Origin: Raillietiella orientalis
Lineage: Eukaryota
Assembly (NCBI GenBank): GCA_036172245.1
Contig: JAYWIR010000003.1
Span: 1,984,001-2,048,000 of the forward strand
Reading direction: 5' to 3'
DNA: 64,000 nt
Position numbers and translations under genes: made by a program. The notes under the pieces are model-generated. The model saw only the letters and a list, made by a program, of their open reading frames with translations. It ran no database searches and was not told the DNA's origin. Below, piece by piece: positions 39,111 to 51,600 of this stretch (positions are counted from its first letter, which is position 1; the number at the start of each line of letters is the position of its first letter).

Positions 39111-40899
39111 ACATGCAGTTGGCACTTACTTGAATGAGCTTCCGGGAATTGAAGATTCCAGTGATGTAACTGCATTTCTGCAAGAGTTGCTTAATTTGCA
39201 TCTTGTTATCTGGTTTTCTGAAGATGAGAGTGGCAAGTCTCACAAGTTGCAGCTCATTATTTCCACCATTTTTCTCTTTTGTTTTTTCCCCCCTTTAGTT
39301 TGAAACTTGGATCCCTTTCGTTGAGAGCTTACGTCACAACCAGCGAAATGCTTCTTTCAAGTATCTGAAGACGATGTGTTTTCTCCTAGATGCGACAGAA
39401 GGGGGCAGCGGGACAGTCTCATATGGTGGACTCCTTCCTTGCAACGCTCACAGGCATCGCTGGACGCAGGGAAGCGCCCAACCAACTGCTCCAGATACGG
39501 GCAGAGTCTGAGTTGACCCCGCAGCTTCTCTTGGGCTGCGGAGCATGGGCGCAACGGCGAAATATCACGGTCGAGGACGGAAACGGGGGGCGTGATTATT
39601 GCAAGCTGAAAAATGGGCACGTCTGGTGACAGCCCCACAGCATCCGGACGGAAAAGTAACAAGAAAATTTCTTCAACGAATCTTCGCGGAATCGCAATCT
39701 CGTGGGATGGAGACAGTCTTGGCATCCACCACAATCCTTGGCTCTCTGGAGGAATTTCCGTCTTTTCGGTCGCGGCCTTTGTCGAGTCGCATCGAGGGTT
39801 GGGAAAGCACAAGAAAAAAATCTTTTTCTTTCTTCCTTTTTTTTGAAAAAAAAAATAGAATTCCCTTTAAACGCCTTTGAGTCACCGGGCATAAACATTG
39901 ATGGACTGTTGATGCGACAGATGCAAGGAGGCAGTCGAGGACAGGGGAGTAAAATGCTTCCAGGAGTCGGAAGGGAATGCGTATCTCGGTTTCGAGGCAA
40001 AGACGGAATCGCTGACACTCATCATGAGGAGCTCCGCATCGCTAGTGTTTTAGTCACCATGCAGTGTTTCCCATGGACCCTTTCAAGAGATATGCAGGTT
40101 ATCTTCAAGAAGAGAGGCAGTTCTCGTAGACTCCACCAGACGATTATGTACCAACACAGAAGGTTTCAGGGAAAATCCTGGAATGCTATCCAACCAGTTT
40201 GTATACACACTACATATACATACAGGTGTATCTGTGTGTGCACATCCAGTGCTTGTTTACACACATATACTGGCAGATAATTGGACACGTGCAGGACCAG
40301 GTGCACTCGACGTATTTTCGATAGCGTGGATACACGTGTTTTTAATTTATAGTATTCAATTAACATATTTGTAATTATGCCATTATTTAATTTTAATTCA
40401 TTAAAAAATTAAATCACGCATATATGTCGTGTGATGTAAGTATATTTCATTAACCGATCGTTATTTAATTAAACGTACTCACATTATGTACTTATACGAC
40501 TGGCACCACACACAGCATTGATGACGCTAATCTTGACAGAGGATTGACACATGCGTTACTTTTGTCAGTAAGATGCATACCATAAAATGCTTGGGATACT
40601 GATGATATTGATAAGTAAATAATATGAACAGTGATGATATATATTGCAGTGATGGCCAGCCCAAGATTTTTTGAGCAACAAAATTCGTAAACTCTGCCCC
40701 ATACGTATCGCAACGTGCAGGATGCAAACGTGGTGTCTCAAAAAAAACACACACACACACACGCAAACACACACACGCCCACACAGAATTCAAATAAAAG
40801 AATTCGTTTTTTCAAGATATTTATTTCAAGGAAAAATCGTCACATGACGTACCATATGTGAGTTTTACGTAACACTGCGAAGAAGAAGCACTTGGATGG

Positions 40900-43800
40900 T
40901 AGGATGAGCATTTAATTTATACATGGAAACACGAATTCTTTAGTGCACTTGGAGATTATGAATAATTTGGCTTGCAAGTTATCACCGTTAAGGAACTTTC
41001 TGAACAGCTCATAATTGCGTCCTTCGGAAATTAAATAATTCGTACTTGGAAACACGGGCTCACTCAACACGCCGGGGAAAAGATCGTGAAAGGGGAGGAC
41101 CAAATCGCTTTTTCCATGGCGCTAAACTCTAAAACGAATGGGGACAAAAATCTAACAGAATGGAATCTAAGAAACTGAACGATCGAAATCTACTGAAACA
41201 AAAAAACTTGCTCCAGAGTTTGCCGTGCGCCACCGCGGCTCGTTATCTCAGTTCGGGTCCATAAAAGAGGCGCAGTTTATTGAAATGATTAAAAATACGG
41301 TGAAGAGAGAGATCATTTCGTTTACAGTTTTTAGTAATTCCGTGGACATACGCAATGCAAACGCACACGTGCGCCCCATATCCAGTACTTTGACACGAAA
41401 AACCTCCGTGCTCTTTAAACAACTCGAATTTGTTAGTTGCAGATCACTCCGTTTCGTGGTCCTTGCACTGACAGCCTGCTGCCTTATCTGAAGAAGCACT
41501 TAATACCTGAGACATGTAAGACATATATCTTTTCCGTGGGACCGCTCATCTCACGGCAAAGATGCTTTTTCCTTTTTTGTTTCTTTCGCTTTATCTCACA
41601 TCCTTCCTTCGTTTTTCATTTGCTCTGCGTTTCTTCTTCTTCTTCTCCTGAAGCTTCATTCTACAAGAGCTTTTTGGATTCTAGATTTTTTTTTTTTTTT
41701 TTTCGTTTTGTTTTGTTGGTTTCGTCTCTCGAACCCAACGATGAGTGGTCTGCTCCCCGTCGAACTGCTTCCGGGATGCTGCTGGAGGCAAGCACCGAGT
41801 GGAACCCCTGCATTGGACGCAAGTGGCCGCTGCTTTGTTCTTCCAAGCGCGTTCGTACCATTTGTCCACCTTTTGAATGGCACGTGTTTCTCCAGTGTGG
41901 GACGGTATTTGGCTTCTTACGTCTTTGCTGAGTTTGGAATGTCTACAGATGTTTTTCCTTATCTTTTCTCTCATACCAGCAGAGTAACTGATCAGAGTTT
42001 CCTCTGGTTCTTATCTAATCGTTTTTCCTATTAACCTGCGGCCCATTGCGAAACAACCGTAGCAAGCCCAGTATCTCGGAGAAGCCCGTTTCAGGGCAGA
42101 CGACGTTCTCGGTGCCGAAGTGTGGCGAAAGACGAATCTTTTACCGCGAGTTCTACGACTTATTTGTACTCCGTCCGCATGAGACCCCTTTGCTTTCCAT
42201 TTCTTTCAGCAGAAGATGTGTTTTCTTCGTCACCACCACCGATGAATCGCCTCTCACGTAGCGGAAAGGCGGATGGAATCGAAGCAGTAAGAGAACCAGG
42301 CTTGATGTGGACCACGGGGATGCCCACAAATGCGCTGACAACCACTTCGGTGTCAGCAGCCGGAGAAGCATGCTCAGCATGCTTCAAATGCCAGATGAGA
42401 AGATGATTCCAACCAAACAACCCAGCCCCCTTCTTCTTAAGCATGATGCCTTGGGGAGCTGGAAATTTGCTCCGGATTTTTCTTCCATTCAGAGAGTTCT
42501 GAATCAGTGATCATGGGCAAAAAAAGCATCATTGATCCCTCGTGCGCCTGTGATCAGTATCTTTCATGGCTACAAGTCCACTTACCGTTGTTCTTCAGTA
42601 ACCGTCGTAATGCTTCAGATGCGCATCTGTTCACTTCTGTGAACTGAGTTTCTGGAAAGGTCTGAGAATTAAGTCTGGAAAAGGTCTGAGATTCGTTCCT
42701 GTAGAGATTTCTCCTTGAAGAGATCGGAATTTTTCTTTTCTTTTCCATTCTTCCTGTTTATTTTTTACCTTTCCTGATTCATCAGACTAGCATCAGTGAC
42801 TTTTATCAAGTCTTTCATAAGCATATTATTTGTCTCTTGTAACGGGACACTACACGTACACCTTCGACAGTTTCGAAGGCTAATAGACGATGCTTACTTT
42901 AGAAAACGCAACCAATTTTTTTTTAGAAACGGAGTGTCGAGAGGTTATTTTGCAGCGTGCCAAAGCTCTTGACATTCCCTGGTTTCTTTGCAGGCATCCA
43001 GTCAATACCACTTGCTGTTCTTTTCATTTAAACCGGTATTTTCACTACGCCGAAGGCACCAAATCTCCATCATTCAGCTTCGACAGCAGTTCCCGAAGGT
43101 CCGCTGCACGACTTCTGAGGCACCAACGAATTCCGCAGGCCGAACGAACAAAGTCTCGCAGTCTCCCGTTTGAGGGACAACTACAGAGATCAGCTTTCTC
43201 TGATTATCTTTCAAACTAGTCAAGAATGACTCCCGGGCACTCTCTGCATTTTTCAACGGACTTTGGGTCATATTCTTCTTCCGTGGGGTAACACCATCTC
43301 ACCGAAACCATTCGTGAAACATTCGATGAATGCTGTGTTACAAGAGTGTCCGGGATGAATCGCCTCTTTCCAATGAGTTTTCAACGGGAACGGTTTCTAG
43401 AGACATTGAAATCCTGGAGCATCCGGTGGCACCTTGTTTTCCCTAGGCACTCCATAAACTGATGCTGCCTGAGTTTGCAAGATCAATTTTTGCCATCGTA
43501 ATGATCTTGTGTATCCTTTCTGGGCTCCATTTTCGGTTCATGTGCAACCTTTTCTTCTGAATGCGCTAACCACAGGATCTTTATGGCTTTCAGTGGGCGT
43601 CTTTATTGAAGCGGATAATTGCTTGCTGTTTCTCAGACTGTGCATTATGTACACTTAGCGTGCACAATAGCTGAGGGACGCAGCATCCACAAATACGTAG
43701 ATTCATGGCATAGACCTTGTCCTTTTTACCGTTTGTCAGAGGAAGCGTTTTCGAGAGCTCCATGTTTCCTAATCCATGGAAACCGGAGAGGTTGGATGAT

Positions 43801-44100
43801 CTAAATCGGTTCCAGACTAACTCTTCAAGACTACTGTCTCTCTACATTAACATTTCGTGTTTTGCTAAGAACTGTCAGTTTCCCTTCTGCATGTACTTTT
43901 TTTCCTTTCAAAGAGACTTCAAAGGTGTGTTTGCATAAAGGCAACTGGAGGAAAGAATAGCTTCCTGCCCGTTGATCCTCCTCCTGGTTCTTTGATTTCA
44001 TTCAGGGCGACTGCTTCATTAGATCGATTCGTGGGTCTTCCACGGCGTAGCAGCAGCGGCATAGATTTAGAAATCCCGGAATTCCATCCGCCTGTCTGTT
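40900..44100 (-). mobile_element. Possible decayed DIRS-like element
   Basis: Scattered minus-strand motifs: QPLRFPWIR / LPLTNGKKDK (RT end, about 43780), VHIKPG (about 42300), KLFIISK (YR-like, about 40960). Weak and fragmented. Confidence 0.25.
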
Positions 44101-45033
44101 GAAATGTTTGAGCCTTAGCAGATTCTCGTCGAGTTGAGAGTTCAGTTCCGTTCTTTCGGTTATTTTGCAGGCACGCTTTGCATTAAGAGTTCAGTCAATA
44201 AGGGCAAACTTGCAGTGTTTTTCGGTGTTGGGCCATGAAAAACAAAAACACCAACAGAAAAAAATCAGATTTTTTTTTTTTTCTTTAGCATGCCCATGGC
44301 TTTGGTTTCATCAGTTATGCTAACAAAAATCTAGACTTTGTACAAAGATCGTAATTCTGTGATTATATTATGGTATCATATGTGTGCAACAGTATTTCTT
44401 CAAAGAATTACACATACTGTGTACATAGTATATGCAATAGGATGACTTCTGTGATGGTACGTAGGCGATTCGAACGAAAACCTGAAAATCATAAGATCTA
44501 AAAAATTGAAAGAAAAAGAAAAAAAAAAAGATCACGTTGTTTGTCTAAAGTCTGATGCTAACGCAGATGCAACGATCTGTATCGTACTCATGACGTCACA
44601 CCTCAAGGAGACAATACAAGATGGCGTTCCCCACTCTGGTCTCCCCTGTATATACGATCGGTAATTTGTTTTTCCGGAACGTAAGGGTTGAAACTGACCG
44701 AAGTGTTTCCACAGCAATTTCAGTATGTTGACGCACGCACTCACGTGTTTGTCGCAAGCCCATGAATTCAGGGCATTACCTCGAGTATGCTGAAGAGTAC
44801 AGTTATAAAGGAGAATTCTGGATCAGTAAATGTACAGACATGTAATTGTGATGCGTGCAAGACGGTCCATCTTCGACAGCCGGAACGAACGTCTACAGAG
44901 ATCAAGAGGCACTTGTCTTCAGCAACGCGACGCGTGCTCATACGTTGAGGAGGGTGAAATTGTACTCTGCTCATTGTGAGAGCTTAAGTGTTTGAACAGT
45001 TCCATTCGAGTAACCTTCATCTATCTATCTATC

Positions 45034-45064
45034 TGTGTGTGCGTGTGTGTGTGTGTGTGTGTGT
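45034..45064 (+). repeat. (GT)n microsatellite
   Basis: Direct TGTG run. Similar runs occur at about 45986-46001 and 58014-58039, with (CT)n at about 58375-58400. Confidence 0.9.
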
Positions 45065-45651
45065 ACACGTCACTCAGATTGGAGTCCTATCATATGCGTA
45101 TGTAATATGTTTGTATACAACGTGTAGATATTGGTTTTAGCAGTGCATGGTTAATTAGTATAAAATTCTCATCCTTCTTGTTAATCACCTATTTATATAC
45201 ATATCACATTTACGTACTGACCTTGATTACGCGTTACCATCGCTACATCTCTGCAATCATAGCCTACTATTTTCATGAGCACCTCGACCATTAAGTGGAT
45301 GAGAATGAGGGACGCGCACCGAAATCAGAACTGATATTCGTCATGCGTATTTATTTACCACTCTGAAATTGCAACCATTTTCCGTGACACACTACGCACG
45401 CGCTGGAGAATGCTCCGGCGTATCCTCCGTGCATCTGTTCCTAACGAATATGAGGGAGGCATTCTTCACGTGCTGCGCGGTGTTATTCCCGAGGAACGTG
45501 TTCTTCCTTGTCTGTTAGTCCAAGCTGCCTTTCTCCCTCCGATTCCCACCGAGCGCTCGTTACTCGGCGTTGGGCACACAGCGCACCCTCGTTCGGTTCC
45601 AAACGGGAAGTTTGTTCTTCTGTGAGTCATCGAAGAAAGCAATATCAGCTG

Positions 45652-48600
45652 ATGGTTCAGGAAGCGACCAACGTCGAGCACGTTCAGTTGCGAAAACGCG
45701 ACGTCATCAACCATGCCTCTACCACCACTTCTGCTTCGGTTGAGAATGGTGCCCGTGGTGGTCGTGACAGCAGCAACCCTGGTTGCCTGCTGTGTCTGAA
45801 CTTGGATATGCTGTCCGACACGGAAAAAAAGACGCTGTGGAGTGTTATCAACAGAGATGAAGCCCTCAAGCGCAGAGAAGAATGGCGAATCAAGTAAGTA
45901 CGTCATCTTGAATGATTCCGAAAGAAATAAAAAAAACAACAGCAAAAGATTCGCTCGCGTAAGTGTACTATTCTACTGTACAGTATGTGTGTGTGTGTGT
46001 GTTTTTTTTACAATCTACAGTAGAAATAAAGGATTCTCGGAATACTTGCGATGCCGGATTTCCAGTGGGGAGTTCCGGTTTGTTGGTCTGACAGCTCACT
46101 TCTTGGTCAGAGATGTAATAGGTAAGGACAGAACCAAAGAATTCTTATTAAGAATTGCAAGTGGTATTTCTCGAGGAGCTGTCTTTTCACAGATCGGTGT
46201 TCTTCTGTGTTTTTTTTTGCGGTTGTTATCGTTGTGTTGCTTCTCGTTAGCAGGAAAGATCTAATCGGCTAGGATTCTCCATTTCAGAACTGCAAACAGG
46301 GACAGATGTATTTGTGAATCTTCGTCCTTGTGCACAAAGTCTGTAATTGTCCTGCTCGTGATTTGTCGTCCGGGTTCATTTTCTCAAGAGCGCGAACGAG
46401 GCGTTCTTCTTGAATTTCCACGAAGCGTTTGCTCCCACGTAAAATTCACGCAAATGCATAGAGCAACGGTTTCCGGTGTTAAGTGGATGTTCCTAAAGAG
46501 TGCACTTTTACAGAAAGACGTGCTTTGTATTTATGGAGCACACACTGGCACCTCAATGTCAATTCATTCTCTTTGAGTTTCTTCTTCTTCTTCTTCTTCT
46601 TAGCGTTGCTTTTACGCAGGGTTTCGCATTTTCTGAATGTGGTATCGCAGCTATTCATTCAGTAACGATGACGTCAATCGCTAATTCTGCTCCCATAAGT
46701 TTAACCATGCTGAGGCGAATATAAAGACTGCAAAAACAGCCTCTGATAATGTTCTTGGATTGCGTCATTTATCTGACATTTGGAAGGAAAGAAACACATC
46801 CGTCAAGCTAGGGTACACGGTGGATCATGCCCGACTTGCTCCATGGTTGAACTGGCGAATTCAATAAACCCCACGTTGGATGTGATTAATGGGATTTAGC
46901 GCTCAGTGTATCCGAATGGGAGGTCCAAATTGAATGCAGGATGATTGTGCCATTGGTTTTTCCTTTTCCAAACTGAACTCGAATCCGACGAAAAGCTTCC
47001 GCCTCCAAGGAAAGTCGACTGACTTGCGGAATACACCTGAAATACTTCACCGAAAAGCTTTCTTTCAGAGGTGCGGTAGACAATCAGTACCGTGCGAACT
47101 GTGCTCCTTTCTGAGAGGGGAAGAATGGGATTTCTGTTCTCTTTTTTCTTTTTTTCCATTTTTGATCTCGTAACGCAAACACTGTGCAGCGAATGCGATC
47201 GGGATGACGGCAGGAACGAAGGGTCCCGCTAGTTTTCTGTATCCCAAGTTCTCGGCTGTCTCAAACATCCCACTCGAAACCGCCTTTTTGCAAGTCCGCA
47301 AATCGACTGCAGGTCTTCACCGCAATCTCTCCCCCCTTTCCCTCCTTCCTCGAATTTGCCCTGCCATTGTCCGCGCATTCTGGAGTGGGGATGCCGGGAT
47401 GGCGGGCACCGTTGCCTCCCCAACCTGAGAGACCTCGAACGGACATGGCGCGTCCGCCGCCTCCCCGCACTGCATTCCCGAAATCTGGCAGGACCTCGCT
47501 CTTGACCTTACACGGTGCCGATGCAGACTCCGGTTCCATCTGGCTCTGCTTCTGCGGAAACCGAGCTTCCCGGTGCTCCTCTTCGTTTCAGCGTGCACTC
47601 GCCCTCGGGTGCCCGGTCTCCCGTTAAGGAGGCGGGAACGAACACCAGTAGTCTTTTTCTTTCACTTGTCGGTTGCTAGCGTTCCTCGACAAGCTGCCCT
47701 CGGTGTTCCCCACCCGGGTGAGAGGGGTCCTTCCTGCGCGAGGTTTGTTCCTGCTGAAGACGAGTGGCCGTCCACGTTTCACCATCCACCGTCCTTACTC
47801 TTTTCCTTCTTTCTTTTTGTTTTCTTTCAGCACGCGGTTCCGGATTTCCTGCGACCGTGATCGTCGGAAGGGAATCCGCAAGGTGGCCTGCAGTTGTTTT
47901 GAACCCGGTGACACCGGTTCCTTCATGGAATCAACACACAGTAAAAAAAGAAAGAAAAATAGACTTCAAGTTTGGGGGCGGGGATGTAAGAGAAACAAAC
48001 GCACAGGGGAGCCGGGCGCCGCGGACGAAAGGTGCTCGGTTGCTCTCTGTCCGGTTGCCGTGTCGACGCGGAACTCTGGCGTGGGAGCGCGTCGATAGAC
48101 GGGGAGATTCCCGAACGATCCGCGCCGGTGGCACGCGCGCGCCAGGCTTGCTGCTCCTTCAAGGCACCTGCCGCATCGGGCACGTCGGCTCGGCCGAGCT
48201 CGGGGGCGCGGAGGACGTCACTCCCTTCCACGTCACTGGCTCTGGAAGCGCCGCCCTTCCCGCGTCGGACTCGCCCTCTTCGTCTTGGGGCTCCGAAGTG
48301 CCACCTTTCGGGCGGCACCGGAGTTGCGCGGCCGTTCGAGGAGCGCGCTGCAGGTGCGCGATTCCAGGCGGGGCGAACGCCGATCCCTTGGGTTACACGC
48401 CTACGCCTCTTCGGAATGGTGGTGGGGACGCCCTCTGATCTCGAAGGGTCCAGCTATCGGGGTGCGTCCTCTTCCTCCAGTTCCCTCGGCACCGGGGATG
48501 GAGGCTCGGAGGGAATGCGAGTGAAAGAGGTGGAACGATGCGTTTCTTTTGTGAGGCAACTTCCCTCCGTGGGGGGGAAACTAAACAAAAAAGGGGAATC

Positions 48601-51600
48601 TGAATGGGGCCTCGGCGGAATCAACGCCCGGGTTCCGTTTCCGCTCGGTCCACAGGGGCTGCACGCGGAAACGACTCGGCGGGTCGCATGCCATCCCCCG
48701 CGCCCGGCAAAGATCATGGCAATGCTATCGTTTCCCCGGCTGCGAACGGGCTGCCGCGAGATGGGCTACTACTCGCCGGCACACCGCTGCCCTCCTGAAC
48801 ACCTCAAGGGCCGCGTCTCTGTGCCAAACCGCCGCCCTACTTCTCCTCGTCCGCTCCTCCCCACTCTTGCTTCTCCTTCGGCTGCGTTGAGCGTTCCCCC
48901 CCCCCCTCTTTCTCGGAACAGAGCTTTCGAGAGTCGCTTTCTGCTTTCTTTGCCTTTCCCCTCGCCCACGACTGACACGGGCATCCTCAGCGGCGCCAAC
49001 CGGAACAGGCAGGAATGGAGTATAAAAAACCTAGGAACGGTGTGCAGTGCCACTGCCCACGCTCAAGCGAAAGCTGCTATGGCAACGGACCTCTCGGGCG
49101 AATTTCCGGATTCGCGAAACGTCCCCAAAGATCTTCGGCGTCGTGGCCCGCCGTTGCTGGCCGCACAGATCGAAGAGACTGCAGCACAAAGAGGAGTCCC
49201 ATTTGCTCCACAGTCTCTTCGATCTGCTCCACAGTTCCAGGTAACCTTTCAAAGCGTCGGAAAATGAACGTCTCCCCGAAGTCGAAATCCGTTCTCCCTC
49301 CGCAACCCGCTCGACACATTTGGGTCCGCGTGACGACAAAACAAGAGAGCTCGTTTTTGTGAACCGGCCAGCACGCCCGAGCGATGCCAGTAGATGCCGT
49401 TTCCCCGGAGATCACCAGCGTTCCCCTTTGATCTGCAACAGCAGCCCCTTGGCGCCCTTGCGCGTCCGCTGCCGTGGGTTGCGCTACTCCCTCCCCCGTC
49501 TGGGCAACCGGCCGTCTTTGTGGCTGCCCGCGTTTCGTTCCAACTTCTGTGTGTCCGTTCGTTCTGCAGCCCCGGTACCCTTTCGCCGTGTCTCGTCAAG
49601 CAGCCTGCGAGGCTCGGATGGTGCAGAAGCTGTGTCACGTGGGGACGCGGTGCTCTCGAACGCTTGCCGTACTTTCCAGTCTCGCGGGGCTTTCCGTTTC
49701 GAAGCATCAGGGAAGCTGCGCGAACACTCTCCCGCTGCAGCGACCTGCCGTGAAATTCTTCCGCGCTCACGCCTCATCACGAACGATTAATGGCAGTAAT
49801 TTCTCCGTCTGTTTTCCATCCTCCCTTCCTCACGAAGCTGCCTGTGCGTGTGTGCCCGGGGTTTCACGGAGACATGTACTCGAGCGCATGCGCACGCGTG
49901 TCCTTCCGTATACGAAACCCACCATGCTTATCGCACCCGTTAGCGCAAACAGCGGCATCTGTTTTTTCTTCTTCTTCTTCTTCATCTTCTCCCTCCCCCT
50001 CTCCCCCCCGGCACCAGATGCGAAGCGTGCGCCGGATGCCCCTCTCCTCGAAGAGACCCAGGGTCGTAAGCGTTTGCGAACACCTATCCCGTGCCAAGGA
50101 AGCGAACCCTATTGTGCACCTCAGGGCAGAAGCCCCCAGCTTCGGAGCGGGTCGGCGGCGAGCTCTCGTTGGCGCCAGCGTGACTTGGCCTGGATTGCCG
50201 CGCCTCCCAAAATTCAGCGGGGCAACGCCCGCCTGGAAAGAAGTCCTCCGCCTCTCCTCCCCCCGAAGAGTCGACTGTTCCCCGTGCTCGTGCGTGTGCA
50301 GTTTATGCGACCATTTCCAGATACCCGACTCACACGCGCGCTCGCACGCACACGCACTCGGTACGAGTCCCTTGGGTCCACCCCCGCGCGTAGTTGTCGT
50401 CGCGCGCTATCCAAAAAATGAATAAATAAGTGCCGGGCGGTTCCACCGAGCCCCACAGAGAGTGCGGGCAACGTCGAGGGGCGCGCCCTTACACCCACTG
50501 CAGGGCATCTCCCTTTCCACCAGTTGTCGAACTCTTCTAGGTCACGTACGCCTCCGTCGTTCCTGGCGTCGTGGGAGCGCCGCATTTGGGGTTCCGCATG
50601 GTCGCATGCTGTTTTTTTTTTTTTTTTTTTGGCTTCTCTTCCAAACGCATCGGTCCAGCAGTGGTGGTGGGGAGGAGTGTGCGAGTTTTCCGGTGTGCAC
50701 ACTTTCGACACGCGTGCGCTGTCACTCGGGCGCCCTTGCCTGGTGGACTCGGGGGTGTATGCACCCGCATGAAAAGTGCCCGTGGGTATCGCCTCCGCTG
50801 ACGACTTTTCCGGCTCCTTCCCGCTCTTCCAGCTTCCCAAGATCGCTTGTGAATGCAGCCGTTTCCTCATCTCTTTGCTCATGTTGTCTTGTGTTGTTTT
50901 TCTTTTTTCCCCCTCGAGTGCTGAAAGCCAAGCAGTGCTTGCATGAGGGTTGGTTTTTTTTTTTTTTTAAACAAAAAAGAAAAGAAAAGAAAGAAAAAAG
51001 AAAAGAAAAGAAAAAATATATAGGGAGAAGGGGGAAAAAAAAAATGAACGGATGACGTCAGCGAAACGCGACAACATGCTTGCGCAAGCGCAGCTTGCAA
51101 ACACGAGTGTGCATCCGGTTTTATCGCATGATGGTGTGCGCATTGTTGTGGCGGCGGCTGCGCGGGGCGACACCAGTTCGAGGCGGTGAGTAGGGGAGGA
51201 GGAGAATGACGTCAAGCCTCCTCCCCAAGCGTGCGAACCGTTGACGGCGCGCGTCACGCTCGAGATGCGGTGGACATCGGGCTTCCCCCCACGACAGCAG
51301 TTGTGGACGGTGGCGGCGGGACTCGCTTGCCTGGGAGCAGCCGAGGTGCGAGAGCTCTTCGCGCGTTTCCGTCGCCATTCGCCTCTCGCAGGAGGAGGAG
51401 GGCAGAGCGCGCCCACGGTGGCTCAGCCGGGGTGGGGGGGCAGGCACACTTCCCACCGCCTCCCGGCCTGGCTGATCTCCGTCCGTGCCTTTGAACCAGA
51501 CCCTTATCCTTTCCAGCCGCCTGTGGACCGAGCTGCAGTACTTGCGCAGGAGGTCCGTGCTCCGGCAGTCGCAACAGCCGTCGCCGTCCACGTCGAAGCC

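Noticed and set aside
49015..49246. TATAAAAA at 49021 plus donor CAG|GTAACC at 49241 as an alternative btsz first exon
   Set aside because: The frame compatible with exon 2 has no ATG after the upstream stop, so support is too weak.
47000..51480. Many long overlapping ORFs in btsz intron 1, including 48032-49267 (411 aa) and 49474-50421 (315 aa)
   Set aside because: High GC suppresses stop codons in all six frames. The translations are low-complexity, cross microsatellites and poly-T runs, and show no recognisable domain.
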